Counted from the first letter of the stretch, positions 1 to 9,267 are shown. The stretch is 61,268 nucleotides of DNA from Rickettsiales bacterium (GCA_947459535.1 CANHDY010000002.1:1-61268); one strand, 5' to 3'. The notes: generated by a model not told the origin, from the sequence alone. Numbers and translations are program-made.

Positions 1-1
1 A

Positions 2-799
2 AAGACGGTTGATCGGTTGTTGGAATTATTGGCGCTTGAGCCGCAAATTCACACGGTGGACATCACTGGCGGCGCACCGGAGATGAATCCGCATTTCCGC
101 TATTTTGTAAGCGAAATACGCCGCATGGGCAAAGAGGTCATCGACCGCTGCAACCTCACTGTATTTTACGAGCCGAATCAGGAGGGCACACCAGAATTTC
201 TGGCTGAGAATCAGATTCAAGTGGTTGCGTCCTTGCCGTGCTATTTAGAGGATAATGTCGATAAACAGCGTGGCAAAGGCGTGTTCGGCAAAAGCGTATC
301 CGCGCTCCAGAAACTGAACAGTCTTGGCTATGGCAAGGAGGGCAGCGGCCTAAAGCTGCATCTAGTGTATAACCCCATCGGCGCGCATTTGCCGCCAGCG
401 CAAGTGGGGTTGGAAGCCGCCTATAAGAAAAAGCTGCAGGATGAATTTGGCATTCAGTTTAACAGCCTGTTCACCATCACCAACATGCCGATCAAACGCT
501 TCGCACATATGCTGGAGCGTGACGGGCTGATGGAACAATACATGCAGCTGCTTATTGACAATTTTAACCCCAAAGCGGTGAGCGGCGTAATGTGCAATGA
601 ATTGGTATCCATCGGTTGGGACGGAAAAATTTACGACTGCGACTTCAATCAAATGCTGGAAATGCCCATTAGCTGGCAACCGCAAACCATCTGGGATATT
701 CATAAATTCAGTGAATTAAGTAAAACAATCGCAATGGGTGACCACTGTTTTGGCTGCACAGCCGGATCGGGTAGCTCGTGCACAGGCGCTTTAATGTAA
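2..799 (+). CDS. arsS: arsenosugar-biosynthesis radical SAM protein ArsS, C-terminal part (5' end lies upstream of the window)
   Basis: The frame is open from nt 2, and the 'M' at 17 in the ORF track is a TTG. Translation shows ...DITGGAPEMNP..., NMPIKRF and the Cys-rich tail GDHCFGCTAGSGSSCTG typical of the radical-SAM/Cys-rich ArsS family. It lies directly upstream of arsM. Confidence 0.75.
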   Translation, partial: KTVDRLLELLALEPQIHTVDITGGAPEMNPHFRYFVSEIRRMGKEVIDRCNLTVFYEPNQEGTPEFLAENQIQVVASLPCYLEDNVDKQRGKGVFGKSVSALQKLNSLGYGKEGSGLKLHLVYNPIGAHLPPAQVGLEAAYKKKLQDEFGIQFNSLFTITNMPIKRFAHMLERDGLMEQYMQLLIDNFNPKAVSGVMCNELVSIGWDGKIYDCDFNQMLEMPISWQPQTIWDIHKFSELSKTIAMGDHCFGCTAGSGSSCTGALM

Positions 800-808
800 G
801 GAGAAACT

Positions 809-1864
809 ATGACTGCAACTGCCACCGCTTTGAAACAATCTGTAAAAGAATATTACGGCGAAGTCCTGAAAACCAAGGATGACCTGAAAACCAGTGCCTG
901 CTGCCCGCTGGATGCCATGCCTTCGCATCTGCGCCCGTATTTAAGCAAGATTCACTCCGAGGTACAGGAGAAGTTCTATGGTTGCGGTTCGCCCATTCCT
1001 GCCGCTCTTGACGGCAAAATCGTGCTTGATCTGGGCTGCGGCACAGGGCGTGATGCCTATCTGCTCTCGCAGCTTGTGGGCGAGAAAGGCCATGTGATCG
1101 GCGTGGATATGACGGATAACCAGCTTGCCACTGCGCGTAAATATATCGATCATCACATGCAGGAATTTGGCTATAAAAAACCAAACGTCACCTTCCATCA
1201 GGGTTATATCGAAGATCTCAAATCTATCGGCATCACCGATAATTCGGTGGATGTGGTGGTATCCAACTGCGTCATCAACCTCTCACCCGACAAGGAATCG
1301 GTGTTCCGTGAAATCTTCCGCGTATTGAAACCAGGCGGCGAACTATTTTTCTCGGATGTGTTCACGGGTAAGCGCGTTCCTGAAGATTTAACCCGCGATC
1401 AGGTGTTGGTTGGAGAATGTCTGGGCGGGGCGATGTATATCGAGGATTTCCGCCGCATGTTGCGAAATGTCGGTTGCGTGGATTACCGTATTACCAGCAA
1501 AAATCGTATCTCGCTGGACGACAAGGAAGTGCAAGCCAAAGCAGGCATGATCGATTTTTACTCCATGACGATCCGCACCTTCAAGTCGGACTTCGAGGAT
1601 ATTTGTGAGAACTATGGCCATGTCGCCTATTACCAGGGCACCATGCCGGAATGTCCGCATGCGTTTCCGCTCGATGACCATCATTTGTTCCCCGCACATC
1701 AGCCGGTGGCGGTGTGCGGCAACACGGCGGATATGCTTTCCAAAACGCGCTACAAGGAGCATTTCAAAGTGACAGGTGATTTCTCACGCCATTTCGGGCC
1801 GTTTGATTGTGCGCCGTCCGGCGGGAGTTCCACATCTAATGAAGCGTCGGGGGCGTGCTGCTAA
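809..1864 (+). CDS. arsM: arsenite S-adenosylmethionine methyltransferase
   Basis: N-terminal Cys pair (TSACCPLD), SAM-binding motif VLDLGCGTGRD, and C-terminal Cys residues. An AGGAGA lies upstream of the ATG. Confidence 0.8.
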   Translation: MTATATALKQSVKEYYGEVLKTKDDLKTSACCPLDAMPSHLRPYLSKIHSEVQEKFYGCGSPIPAALDGKIVLDLGCGTGRDAYLLSQLVGEKGHVIGVDMTDNQLATARKYIDHHMQEFGYKKPNVTFHQGYIEDLKSIGITDNSVDVVVSNCVINLSPDKESVFREIFRVLKPGGELFFSDVFTGKRVPEDLTRDQVLVGECLGGAMYIEDFRRMLRNVGCVDYRITSKNRISLDDKEVQAKAGMIDFYSMTIRTFKSDFEDICENYGHVAYYQGTMPECPHAFPLDDHHLFPAHQPVAVCGNTADMLSKTRYKEHFKVTGDFSRHFGPFDCAPSGGSSTSNEASGACC

Positions 1865-2709
1865 TGCTTGCGATCATAGGAGGAACAGGAATCTATAACA
1901 TCGAAGGGCTAACGGTGCTGGAGGAAGTGGACGCGAAAACACCCTTCGGCGCACCATCCGCTCCCATTGTCAAAGCGCGTTACGGCAAGCACGACATTTT
2001 ATTTTTGCCGCGCCACGGGAGGAATCATCAATTCCTGCCGCATGAGGTGAATTACCGGGCCAATATCTTCGCACTTAAATCGCTTGGCGCACGTCAGATA
2101 CTAGGATTTTCCGCTGTTGGCAGTCTGCGCGAAGACATCAAGCCTGGGGATTTCGCTATTCCTTCGCAGTATTTCGATTGGGTAAAACAGCCACGCGAAC
2201 GCACATTTTTCGGCGGCGGCCTGGCCGCGCATATCTCCACCGCCGAACCGACTTGCCCGAACCTCACGCGCTGGGCGGCGGAAGGTGCTGGGGGCATGGG
2301 ACTCACGCTGCACACTGGCAAAACCTATGCCTGCGTGGATGGGCCGCGCCTCGGCACACGCGCCGAAAGCCATTTCCTGCGTATGGCAGGCTGTGATCTG
2401 GTGGGAATGACCAACGTGCCTGAAGTGTTTCTGGCGCGGGAAGCGCAGCTTTGCTATGCGACCATCGGTATTGCTACCGATTATGATTGCTGGCTGGATG
2501 ATCCATCGCAGCATGTGAGCGTTGCCGCCGTCATCGCACGTTACGGCGCAAGCCTTGAGAAGGCAAAATCGCTGCTCAAGACATTACTGGAATCTGATTT
2601 GCCGCCAGTGGATACCGCCTACCGCGAAAGCCTGAGAGAAGCGGTGCTTACGCCGGAAGCAACACTCAGTGATGAGAAAAAACAACTGCTGTCGATTCTG
2701 AAAGCATGA
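1864..2709 (+). CDS. mtnP: S-methyl-5'-thioadenosine phosphorylase family nucleoside phosphorylase
   Basis: MLAIIGGTGIY..., FLPRHGRNHQFLPHEVNYRANIFALK, GMTNVPEVFLAREA, ATDYDCW. The ATG at 1864 overlaps the arsM stop (TAATG). The track start at 1855 is a GTG. Confidence 0.8.
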   Translation: MLAIIGGTGIYNIEGLTVLEEVDAKTPFGAPSAPIVKARYGKHDILFLPRHGRNHQFLPHEVNYRANIFALKSLGARQILGFSAVGSLREDIKPGDFAIPSQYFDWVKQPRERTFFGGGLAAHISTAEPTCPNLTRWAAEGAGGMGLTLHTGKTYACVDGPRLGTRAESHFLRMAGCDLVGMTNVPEVFLAREAQLCYATIGIATDYDCWLDDPSQHVSVAAVIARYGASLEKAKSLLKTLLESDLPPVDTAYRESLREAVLTPEATLSDEKKQLLSILKA

Positions 2710-3299
2710 AGATTTCCGTTATCATCCCTCTTGCAGCAGACGAGACGAAGCATCAGGCATTGATAGCATCACTGCCAGAGGGGTTGGAAGTCATCGCATC
2801 ACAAGAAGGAAGCCGCGCGGCAAGCCTCAATGCGGGTGCAGCCAAGGCCACGGGGGATTATCTGTGGTTTTTGCATGCCGATTCACAGATTGATGCGGCT
2901 TGTGTACCCGCGCTCACCCGCGCCATCACACAGCATCCCGATGCGCTATTTTATTTTGACCTTGCCTTTGCCCGTGATGGCGCGCGGCTGATGTGGCTCA
3001 ATGCGCTGGGTACGAGGTTTCGTTCGCGCATACTCGGTGTTCCGTTTGGCGATCAGGGACTGTGCATCCGCAAAGCCTTATTTGAAAAACTCGGCGGCTT
3101 TCCTGAAGGGTTAGCTTATGGCGAAGATCATGTCTTCGTGTGGCACGCACGGCAAGCAGGTATCAGACTTAAGCCAACGAACGCTACGATCACCACCAGC
3201 GCGCGCAAATACCAGGCGCATGGTTGGCTTACCACCACCTTCAAGCATCAATATCTCTGGGTTAAACAGGCATGGCCGGAATGGAGAAAATGCCCATGA
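2706..3299 (+). CDS. family 2 glycosyltransferase (resembles the TIGR04283 arsenosugar-cluster type)
   Basis: MKISVIIPL..., YLWFLHADS and GEDHVF motifs of the GT-A fold. ATGA start/stop overlap with the upstream gene. Confidence 0.65.
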   Translation: MKISVIIPLAADETKHQALIASLPEGLEVIASQEGSRAASLNAGAAKATGDYLWFLHADSQIDAACVPALTRAITQHPDALFYFDLAFARDGARLMWLNALGTRFRSRILGVPFGDQGLCIRKALFEKLGGFPEGLAYGEDHVFVWHARQAGIRLKPTNATITTSARKYQAHGWLTTTFKHQYLWVKQAWPEWRKCP

Positions 3300-4006
3300 G
3301 CTCCGCCATTGCCGTATTCGCCAAAACCCCAGGGCTGTCGCCCGTTAAAACCCGTCTTGCCGCTGGCATTGGCAAAGAAAGTGCAGAGGAATTTTACCAG
3401 CTCTGCCTTGCGGTGGTGGAAGATGTGCTGGATATCGCTGCACACCGCATGAAAACGCCTCTCACACCATTCTGGGCGGTGGCCGAGCAAGATGGTCTTG
3501 AACACAGCGTATGGCAAAACATAGATCGCATGTGGACAGGCGAAGGCAGTCTAGGTGATCGGCTGCACCAAGTATATTCCACGCTCAGGAAAAATTATAA
3601 TACGGTGCTGCTCATTGGAACAGACTGCCCCCAGCTTTGTGTGCGCCATATTGAAAAGGCGATAGCGTGGCTTGAAGAAAATGCCGGATGTGTCATCGGC
3701 CCAGCATCAGATGGTGGTTTTTACCTCTTTGGCGGCAATGTGGATATTGACCCAGCTATATGGAAGGAAACGCCATACAGCGTGGACACCACCCGCAAAG
3801 TTTTAATGAAAAAGCTGTCGTCTGATTGGAGCGTTCATTTGCTAAATGAACTGGGCGATGTGGATGTAATAGAGGATTTACGCACCTTGCTGAGACACCG
3901 CGCCGCGATGACGCTTCCCAGCCAGCGGAAGTTGATACGCTGGATAGATGGGTATTTCGAGTACCATCAGCTATCCCCGTTCACCATCACGATACCGCCG
4001 TATTAG
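3296..4006 (+). CDS. DUF2064 / TIGR04282-like nucleotidyl- or glycosyl-transferase-fold protein
   Basis: AIAVFAKTPGLSPVKTRL, LLIGTDCPQL and GPASDGGFYLFG motifs. The ATG at 3296 overlaps the upstream TGA (ATGA), so it is preferred over the track start at 3272. Confidence 0.65.
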   Translation: MSSAIAVFAKTPGLSPVKTRLAAGIGKESAEEFYQLCLAVVEDVLDIAAHRMKTPLTPFWAVAEQDGLEHSVWQNIDRMWTGEGSLGDRLHQVYSTLRKNYNTVLLIGTDCPQLCVRHIEKAIAWLEENAGCVIGPASDGGFYLFGGNVDIDPAIWKETPYSVDTTRKVLMKKLSSDWSVHLLNELGDVDVIEDLRTLLRHRAAMTLPSQRKLIRWIDGYFEYHQLSPFTITIPPY

Positions 4007-4311
4007 GATTTCACTTCCAGTGACACACTGACAGTATCCTCAGCACTTATCTTTTCTTTTTTTCGCACGTCCGCTTTGAGTGGAAGCAGGTAACTGCCCG
4101 ATTTCGTGTCTGGGAAGATAGAGGTTTTCCATGTGGTTTTCCCGATGGTCACGGTGACGGGAACTGAGCCCCAACCGCGCCTTAATCCCCCTTCAAAAAA
4201 CTTGATTTGCTCTGATTGTTTTTTCGGCAAGGTGATAAAATGCCACGAGGCTTTGCCGCCCTGATAAAGCCATATTTTCGCTTTGAATGCATAGTGCGTG
4301 TGGTTTTTCAT
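4003..4311 (-). CDS. DUF1905 domain protein
   Basis: WHFITLPKK..., GWGSVPVTVTIGKTTWKTSIFP, LPLKADVRK. The internal ATG at 4311 overlaps the upstream SDR stop (ATGA). Confidence 0.6.
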   Translation of the reverse strand: MKNHTHYAFKAKIWLYQGGKASWHFITLPKKQSEQIKFFEGGLRRGWGSVPVTVTIGKTTWKTSIFPDTKSGSYLLPLKADVRKKEKISAEDTVSVSLEVKS

Positions 4312-5033
4312 GATGCCTTCCCATGATACTTCCGCGACACCATGCGCACTAGTAAACGTGGAAAAAGACACGAGGCCAGCCAGAACAGGCGTGAGACAGT
4401 ATCGGGCATAATGCGTTGTTTCCGTGCCTCAATTCCACGCATGATGCACGCCGCCACGCGCTCAGGTGATGTACCTTTGCCCTCGTTGTATTTGGCATAA
4501 TATTTTTCTGCGTGTGGGGTTTTCATTGGCCCTGGGTAGATGCGCGTGACCGTTATGCCGCGCCCATACACATACGGGGCAAGCGCATGGGCGAAACCAT
4601 CCAGTGCCGCCTTGCTTGCGCCATAAGCAATCGCAATGGAAAATGGTAGAAACTGGCTTGCGGAAATCACAAAAGCAATCCTGCCGCCATCCCTTATTTT
4701 GACTGCCTTCAGTAACTCACGCACCAATGCGATATGACCGAGTGCATTAATCTGTATCAGGCGGGAATCATGTTCACTGCCTGTATGCAAGAAATCATCG
4801 CTGTTGCTGATACCTGCGTTGCAGATGACGATGTCGAAGGCCTCAGCACCATCCAGCCATGCGAAGGATGGATGTTCACAATCGAATGGCACATGTTGCA
4901 CCTTGGGTGGTGCAGCCTCACGCGGGGCAATATCAGCAACGGTCACGTTGTCACCAAAAGCCGCGTACCGCTCGGCCAGTGCTTTGCCAAGCCCGCTACA
5001 ACCGCCTGTAATGAGGACGCGCTTACCTTCCAT
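4308..5033 (-). CDS. SDR family oxidoreductase
   Basis: MEGKRVLITGGCSGLGKA Rossmann motif, NAG, and a YGASKAAL catalytic motif. The ATG at 5033 is preferred over the TTG at 5048. Confidence 0.8.
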   Translation of the reverse strand: MEGKRVLITGGCSGLGKALAERYAAFGDNVTVADIAPREAAPPKVQHVPFDCEHPSFAWLDGAEAFDIVICNAGISNSDDFLHTGSEHDSRLIQINALGHIALVRELLKAVKIRDGGRIAFVISASQFLPFSIAIAYGASKAALDGFAHALAPYVYGRGITVTRIYPGPMKTPHAEKYYAKYNEGKGTSPERVAACIMRGIEARKQRIMPDTVSRLFWLASCLFPRLLVRMVSRKYHGKAS

Positions 5034-5778
5034 GTTTCCACCGTCCAAGCCGCATAATCAGCCCATGAAAATGAATAAGCACGAAACGCAGCACTGCCCA
5101 GTCCAGATACAGCGTGGTAAACCCCTCGCGTTTCAGCAACGCCTGATAGAGGCGTTTGCCCGTTTCCTCCTGCGGCTTAAAGCTGCTGACGTTAAAACCA
5201 GATTTTGCTTTGGTATGGAATGGTGTCGCCACGCCACCAATTTCCACGCAGAGGGTTCGGAGCTTTGGATACTCAAACGCCAGCGCATCCACCAGATAGC
5301 TGAGAGACGCTTTCGCCATGCCGTAAGTGGCATAATTGTTCCCAGGAATCCGTGCGGACATTGAACTGACGATGCAAATCTTGGTGTTGTTCGCAAGGCA
5401 TGACGGCAGCAGATTCTTAAGCAGCATGACATGACTGACCAGATTGGCCTCAAACATATCGAAAATGCTTTCTTCCGATGTTTCATGCAGCTTGCCAAGT
5501 TCAGCATAGCCTGCATTCAGCAAGATATGGCTAAAGCGAATGCTTTGCAGCTGGTGGGCAATATCCAAAACAGAATCGCCATCGCGTAAATCTGCAACAT
5601 AAAGCGTGAGCCTTTGCGGGTATGTTGCAAGCAGGTGCTTTTTCTGCTCCTCGCTGCGCACGATTCCCGTGACAGAATGCCCATCCGCCAGCGCCCGCTT
5701 AAGCACAACTTCGCCAATGCCGGAGGTGAGTCCGGTCATAAAAATATGGTATGTGCCTACGGTATTTTCTGTTTTCAT
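5023..5778 (-). CDS. SDR family oxidoreductase
   Basis: IFMTGLTSGIG, NAGY and YGMAKASL motifs. It sits in tandem with the previous SDR. Confidence 0.8.
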   Translation of the reverse strand: MKTENTVGTYHIFMTGLTSGIGEVVLKRALADGHSVTGIVRSEEQKKHLLATYPQRLTLYVADLRDGDSVLDIAHQLQSIRFSHILLNAGYAELGKLHETSEESIFDMFEANLVSHVMLLKNLLPSCLANNTKICIVSSMSARIPGNNYATYGMAKASLSYLVDALAFEYPKLRTLCVEIGGVATPFHTKAKSGFNVSSFKPQEETGKRLYQALLKREGFTTLYLDWAVLRFVLIHFHGLIMRLGRWKHGR

Positions 5779-5890
5779 AGACTGCTAAAATACGCTGAAA
5801 AATAAGGTGTTAGCAAACAATTTTGCCATGTAACTTTTGTGAGGCTGCAAGCGAAATACTAGCAGCATAGTTTATTAACGGAGATTATTC

Positions 5891-7051
5891 ATGACAGTTA
5901 CCACAGCCATTTCGCATCCATCCATTTGGATTAGAAGCCCTGGGTATGATCTGGCGCTTGTTATGGGAGGCACGCTTTTCACGCTTGCGCTCGCGGGTGC
6001 GGTGACAGTGAACCCGATTTTGTTGCCGATCTTTTTCTGGATATGGGTGGTGGGGTTTGAGGGGTCGCATTTCTGGGCGACGTTCAGCCGCACCTACATC
6101 GACCGAGTATTTCGTCATGAAAACGCCGATGTCTTAAGACGCAGCCTGATATTCTTTGTGCTTCCAATCGCTGCGGTATTTGCTGACAACGGGCTTTCCA
6201 CAACACTTGCAACCACGCTCTATGGCTTCTTCATTTTTCTGTGGAGTCTCTATCACAATGCGCGCCAGCATTATGGTTTTGTATCGATTTATGTGAAGAA
6301 GGCAGGAATGGAACAGAGTTTAAGCAGTCGATACCGTTCGCTCATTTATTGGGCGGTGGGTGCAACACAGGTTTATTTTGCTCTGAATTTCAAAACGCAG
6401 GTAGCATTCGCTGGTGCTCCGAAACCTGCTGAGGTCTCGACGCTCGTGGGACTGGTGCTTGAATACGGCCCCATCGTGGTCTCAACGCTGGCAGGGCTTT
6501 ATTTGCTGGGACTTGCTGCGAAGACCTACGCTTCGCATGGTAAAAAGGCACTTGTTCCCGCACTATACGTTGCCACCTGCCTGATATTTTATTCCACCAT
6601 GTTTTATGTAATCGCTCCATGTGAGCCATTCTTCTCAGCACATACCAATGGCGCACAACTATTTATGCTGATCGCAATTATGAACTCGCTATTTCATAAC
6701 ATCCAGTATCACGCCATTGTCTGGCATTATGCGAATCGACGTTATTCTCAGGAACAGCACGCCGAGGGTATTTATGGACTGGCACAATGGGTGAATGGTC
6801 GTGCGATAACCTATATGCTCGTGGCATTAGCGTTAGGAGCGGCTTTTGGCGCGATTGTATGGAATATGGGAGATTGGCCATCATGGACGGGCAACTTCGC
6901 TGCCAGCCCCTTCAATGCATTTGCTTATGTGCTTTATTTCGGCATTGTCGGGCATCACTTTTACCTCGATCAGTATATCTGGCGTCCAAGCAAACAACCT
7001 GAATTGCGCCGCTATCTTGATTTACGCCCGCAGGAAGCAAAGCTGGCATAG
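5891..7051 (+). CDS. polytopic inner-membrane protein with repeated His motifs, function unknown
   Basis: About 10 hydrophobic segments. His-containing motifs: EGSHFWATF, HNARQHYGF, HNIQYHAIVWHY, GHHFYLDQYIW. Confidence 0.6.
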   Translation: MTVTTAISHPSIWIRSPGYDLALVMGGTLFTLALAGAVTVNPILLPIFFWIWVVGFEGSHFWATFSRTYIDRVFRHENADVLRRSLIFFVLPIAAVFADNGLSTTLATTLYGFFIFLWSLYHNARQHYGFVSIYVKKAGMEQSLSSRYRSLIYWAVGATQVYFALNFKTQVAFAGAPKPAEVSTLVGLVLEYGPIVVSTLAGLYLLGLAAKTYASHGKKALVPALYVATCLIFYSTMFYVIAPCEPFFSAHTNGAQLFMLIAIMNSLFHNIQYHAIVWHYANRRYSQEQHAEGIYGLAQWVNGRAITYMLVALALGAAFGAIVWNMGDWPSWTGNFAASPFNAFAYVLYFGIVGHHFYLDQYIWRPSKQPELRRYLDLRPQEAKLA

Positions 7052-7087
7052 GCGCGGCAGACTCTTCAAAAATCAATATTCTGGCAT

Positions 7088-7117
7088 AAAAAAAGCCCCG
7101 CCAGAAGGCGGGGTTTT
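7088..7117. terminator. bidirectional intrinsic terminator between the host membrane gene and the prophage lysozyme gene
   Basis: A-run, then stem CCCCGCC (7096-7102) / GGCGGGG (7107-7113) with a 4-nt loop, then a T-run. Confidence 0.7.
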
Positions 7118-7556
7118 ATAATTGATACAAAAGACTTTCCGCTGATCTTCGCCGGATGAGTCCTTTAAGTTTTTTACCGCCAGCCCACACCCATTTCATG
7201 AATTCTGCTGGCGCATCGGCATGTTCCTCGCGGTTTATCTTGCGGCGAAGCGTTGAGCGTTGAAGTGCGCCACCGCCGAGATTGAACGTAAACGATACGA
7301 GCGCATCAAATTGGCCATCGGTGAGTGACACTTTGATCAGGCGCAACACGGCTTGTTCGGCGGCAATAATATCATTAATTAACAATTCCTCACCAGTCGC
7401 CTCGCTGATGCCGTTCTTAAACGCTTCACGTTCATATTCACGCACCAGATGCCCAAAGCCGATGGTCGGGTAGCCAGCAGCATCAAGGTAAATTCTCGGC
7501 TCAAATCCTTCAAACCGCTTGATCAGCTCAATACAATGTCGCGTAACATGCCTCAT
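7116..7556 (-). CDS. GH24 phage lysozyme (endolysin)
   Basis: CIELIKRFEGFEPRIYLDAAGYPTIGFGHL signature. The ATG at 7556 overlaps the holin stop (ATGA). Confidence 0.85.
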   Translation of the reverse strand: MRHVTRHCIELIKRFEGFEPRIYLDAAGYPTIGFGHLVREYEREAFKNGISEATGEELLINDIIAAEQAVLRLIKVSLTDGQFDALVSFTFNLGGGALQRSTLRRKINREEHADAPAEFMKWVWAGGKKLKGLIRRRSAESLLYQL

Positions 7557-7978
7557 TTCCCAGCCCTCAGCTTGGCCATTGCGCGTTGGCCGAAATAAAA
7601 GCTGATGATGCCTGCGAAAATGGCCTGATCTTCCGCCGTCCATAGCAACCACGGAAGATCAGCAGAGAATTGCATCACCTTCACCAATGCATAGAGAATG
7701 AAGAAGCTGTAGGCGATGACGGGGCGCACCGTGCCGTTGAGCGCATCCACCCAGCGAATGCCCGTGTTGTATGTCCGATAAAGGGCTTGGGATTCGGCAA
7801 TATCAGCGTTCACCTGAATTTCTTCAAGGCGGTTGGCGTGACCTTGCGCCTGTTGCTGCATTTGCAGTTCGAGGATTTTAAGCTCGTGCTTGCGATCCTG
7901 TGCATCACGGAACAATTTCAGGAAATCAGGAAATGCTGCGGAGAGAAAACCGAGCAGTGATCCAAGTAACGTAATCAT
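7553..7978 (-). CDS. putative holin
   Basis: Three hydrophobic segments. It lies immediately upstream of, and translationally coupled to, the endolysin. Confidence 0.55.
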   Translation of the reverse strand: MITLLGSLLGFLSAAFPDFLKLFRDAQDRKHELKILELQMQQQAQGHANRLEEIQVNADIAESQALYRTYNTGIRWVDALNGTVRPVIAYSFFILYALVKVMQFSADLPWLLWTAEDQAIFAGIISFYFGQRAMAKLRAGK

Positions 7979-8163
7979 ATAACCCTCCCACCAAGTAAAA
8001 CGACCAGTTCAAACAACATGCCGCCGAGGGCAAGGATAAGTGTGGAGAGCATCCACCACATGACGCGCTCGATGCGATCAAGCCTCTGCTCCAGCGATTT
8101 GTATCGCTCGGCGCACACGGCCACATGCACGTCTAAATGTTCCGCTTCCTGTTCGTGGGTCAT
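7975..8163 (-). CDS. small C-terminally membrane-anchored lysis-cassette protein
   Basis: MTHEQEAEHL...RIERVMWWMLSTLILALGGMLFELVVLLGG. The start at 8163 lies just downstream of a terminator hairpin, so the longer track ORF starting at 8256 is unlikely. Confidence 0.45.
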   Translation of the reverse strand: MTHEQEAEHLDVHVAVCAERYKSLEQRLDRIERVMWWMLSTLILALGGMLFELVVLLGGRVI

Positions 8164-8187
8164 GACATCTCCTTTGGGTTCAGGTGT

Positions 8188-8224
8188 AAAAAAACCGCCC
8201 AAGATTTCTGATTTCTGGGGCGGT
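8188..8224 (-). terminator. intrinsic terminator between the tail-fibre genes and the lysis cassette
   Basis: Minus strand: ACCGCCC (pairs with 8194-8200 / 8218-8224), 17-nt loop, then TTTTTTT. Confidence 0.5.
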
Positions 8225-8252
8225 CTGGTTAGGGTTGCGGTGCTGCTTCGGT

Positions 8253-8525
8253 TCATTTTTCAATCACCTCAACATCAATGGATTGATCGACGGTTTCCCC
8301 CGCTGAGGTAGTGATGCGGTTAGTGACCCGGTACGTTGTTCCCAGCGTGCCGCCAGAAAGTTTGATGGTGGCTTGCGTATCGGTAAAAGCAGATGACACT
8401 TCCGTAATACCGGAAGGCGCTGTCCAGCTCGATCCTGTGATCGTTTCCGATCCGAGATAATCCACCCAATCGATCCCGAAATTCACGATTTCGTCGGGGT
8501 CTTTATATCTGCGCTCGATGCCCAT
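8253..8525 (-). CDS. small phage fibre/tail adaptor-like protein
   Basis: YKDPDEIVNFGIDWVDYL...SSWTAPSGITEVSS...ATIKLSGGTLGTTYRVTNRITTSAG resembles a widespread small phage beta-protein family. The assignment is from memory of that family. Confidence 0.45.
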   Translation of the reverse strand: MGIERRYKDPDEIVNFGIDWVDYLGSETITGSSWTAPSGITEVSSAFTDTQATIKLSGGTLGTTYRVTNRITTSAGETVDQSIDVEVIEK

Positions 8526-8773
8526 TAGAGATACATGTCCTGAGTGGTTAAAATGATATGGCTGCCAAGCAGGTACATCCGCACGCCGTTCAACTCGGCC
8601 ACCAGTGCGCGCAGGTGCATGGTTTCACCCGTGGCGGTATTTTTCTTGATGGCATTGCGGTGAAATAGCTGGCTCTTGCCGTCTGGCAGCACGGTGACGA
8701 CCATATCCAGCGACACAGCATGATGCGCGCCATCTTCATCCTGACTGATTTCAAATGCGAGTGGTTCGGTCAT
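8525..8773 (-). CDS. hypothetical phage protein
   Basis: ORF tightly packed in the tail-fibre operon; no motif recognised. Confidence 0.45.
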   Translation of the reverse strand: MTEPLAFEISQDEDGAHHAVSLDMVVTVLPDGKSQLFHRNAIKKNTATGETMHLRALVAELNGVRMYLLGSHIILTTQDMYL

Positions 8774-8775
8774 GG

Positions 8776-9267
8776 CTAAATCTCGTCATAGCTGAAGGTG
8801 ATGGTTTCAGAGGGGGTTTGCCCTTGCGTAGCGGTACTCTGCACTTCCATCATGCAGACGGCATGGTCTCCTTTTTCGCCCGTGCCAGTAAACGGCCCAG
8901 CACCCAACGATAGCGGTGCGCCGCTGGTGAACGTGAAGCCATTGGTGAAGCCCGTGCTATTGGCAGGTTCGGCGGGCGTGGCGTAAGCCGCCACCGCCTT
9001 AGCCCAGAGCAACACGCCAGTGCCGAGGCCATTGGCGCCATCGGTATAGAATTTGGCATTCGATATTTGCACGGACGGCGCAATGGTGACATTGAGCCGC
9101 AGCCACTTCTCAAAGGAAAAATCCGAACCTGCGCCTGGAATCACCATCGGGTTGTTATTGTCGACCGTGGCGTTATCCGCATTCTTGAAGCGGATCGTGC
9201 CGCTGGTTTTATCGGTCGCAGTGCCGCCTGCGCCGTTCTTTTCAACAATTTGAACGGTTGCTACCAT
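8776..9267 (-). CDS. hypothetical phage structural protein
   Basis: ORF with Gly/Thr/Ala-rich beta-type composition, located in the fibre region. Confidence 0.45.
   Translation of the reverse strand: MVATVQIVEKNGAGGTATDKTSGTIRFKNADNATVDNNNPMVIPGAGSDFSFEKWLRLNVTIAPSVQISNAKFYTDGANGLGTGVLLWAKAVAAYATPAEPANSTGFTNGFTFTSGAPLSLGAGPFTGTGEKGDHAVCMMEVQSTATQGQTPSETITFSYDEI

Noticed and set aside
4734-5364. 107-aa and 186-aa plus-strand ORFs across the two SDR genes
   Set aside because: They are antisense to two genes with clear Rossmann and catalytic motifs. The translations are Ser/Pro/Ala-rich shadows.
7052-7115. Left prophage junction examined for a tRNA gene or a repeat of the 45-nt core
   Set aside because: It contains only a terminator hairpin and a weak ATCAATA resemblance to the right arm. 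There is nothing convincing by eye, so a computed search is needed.
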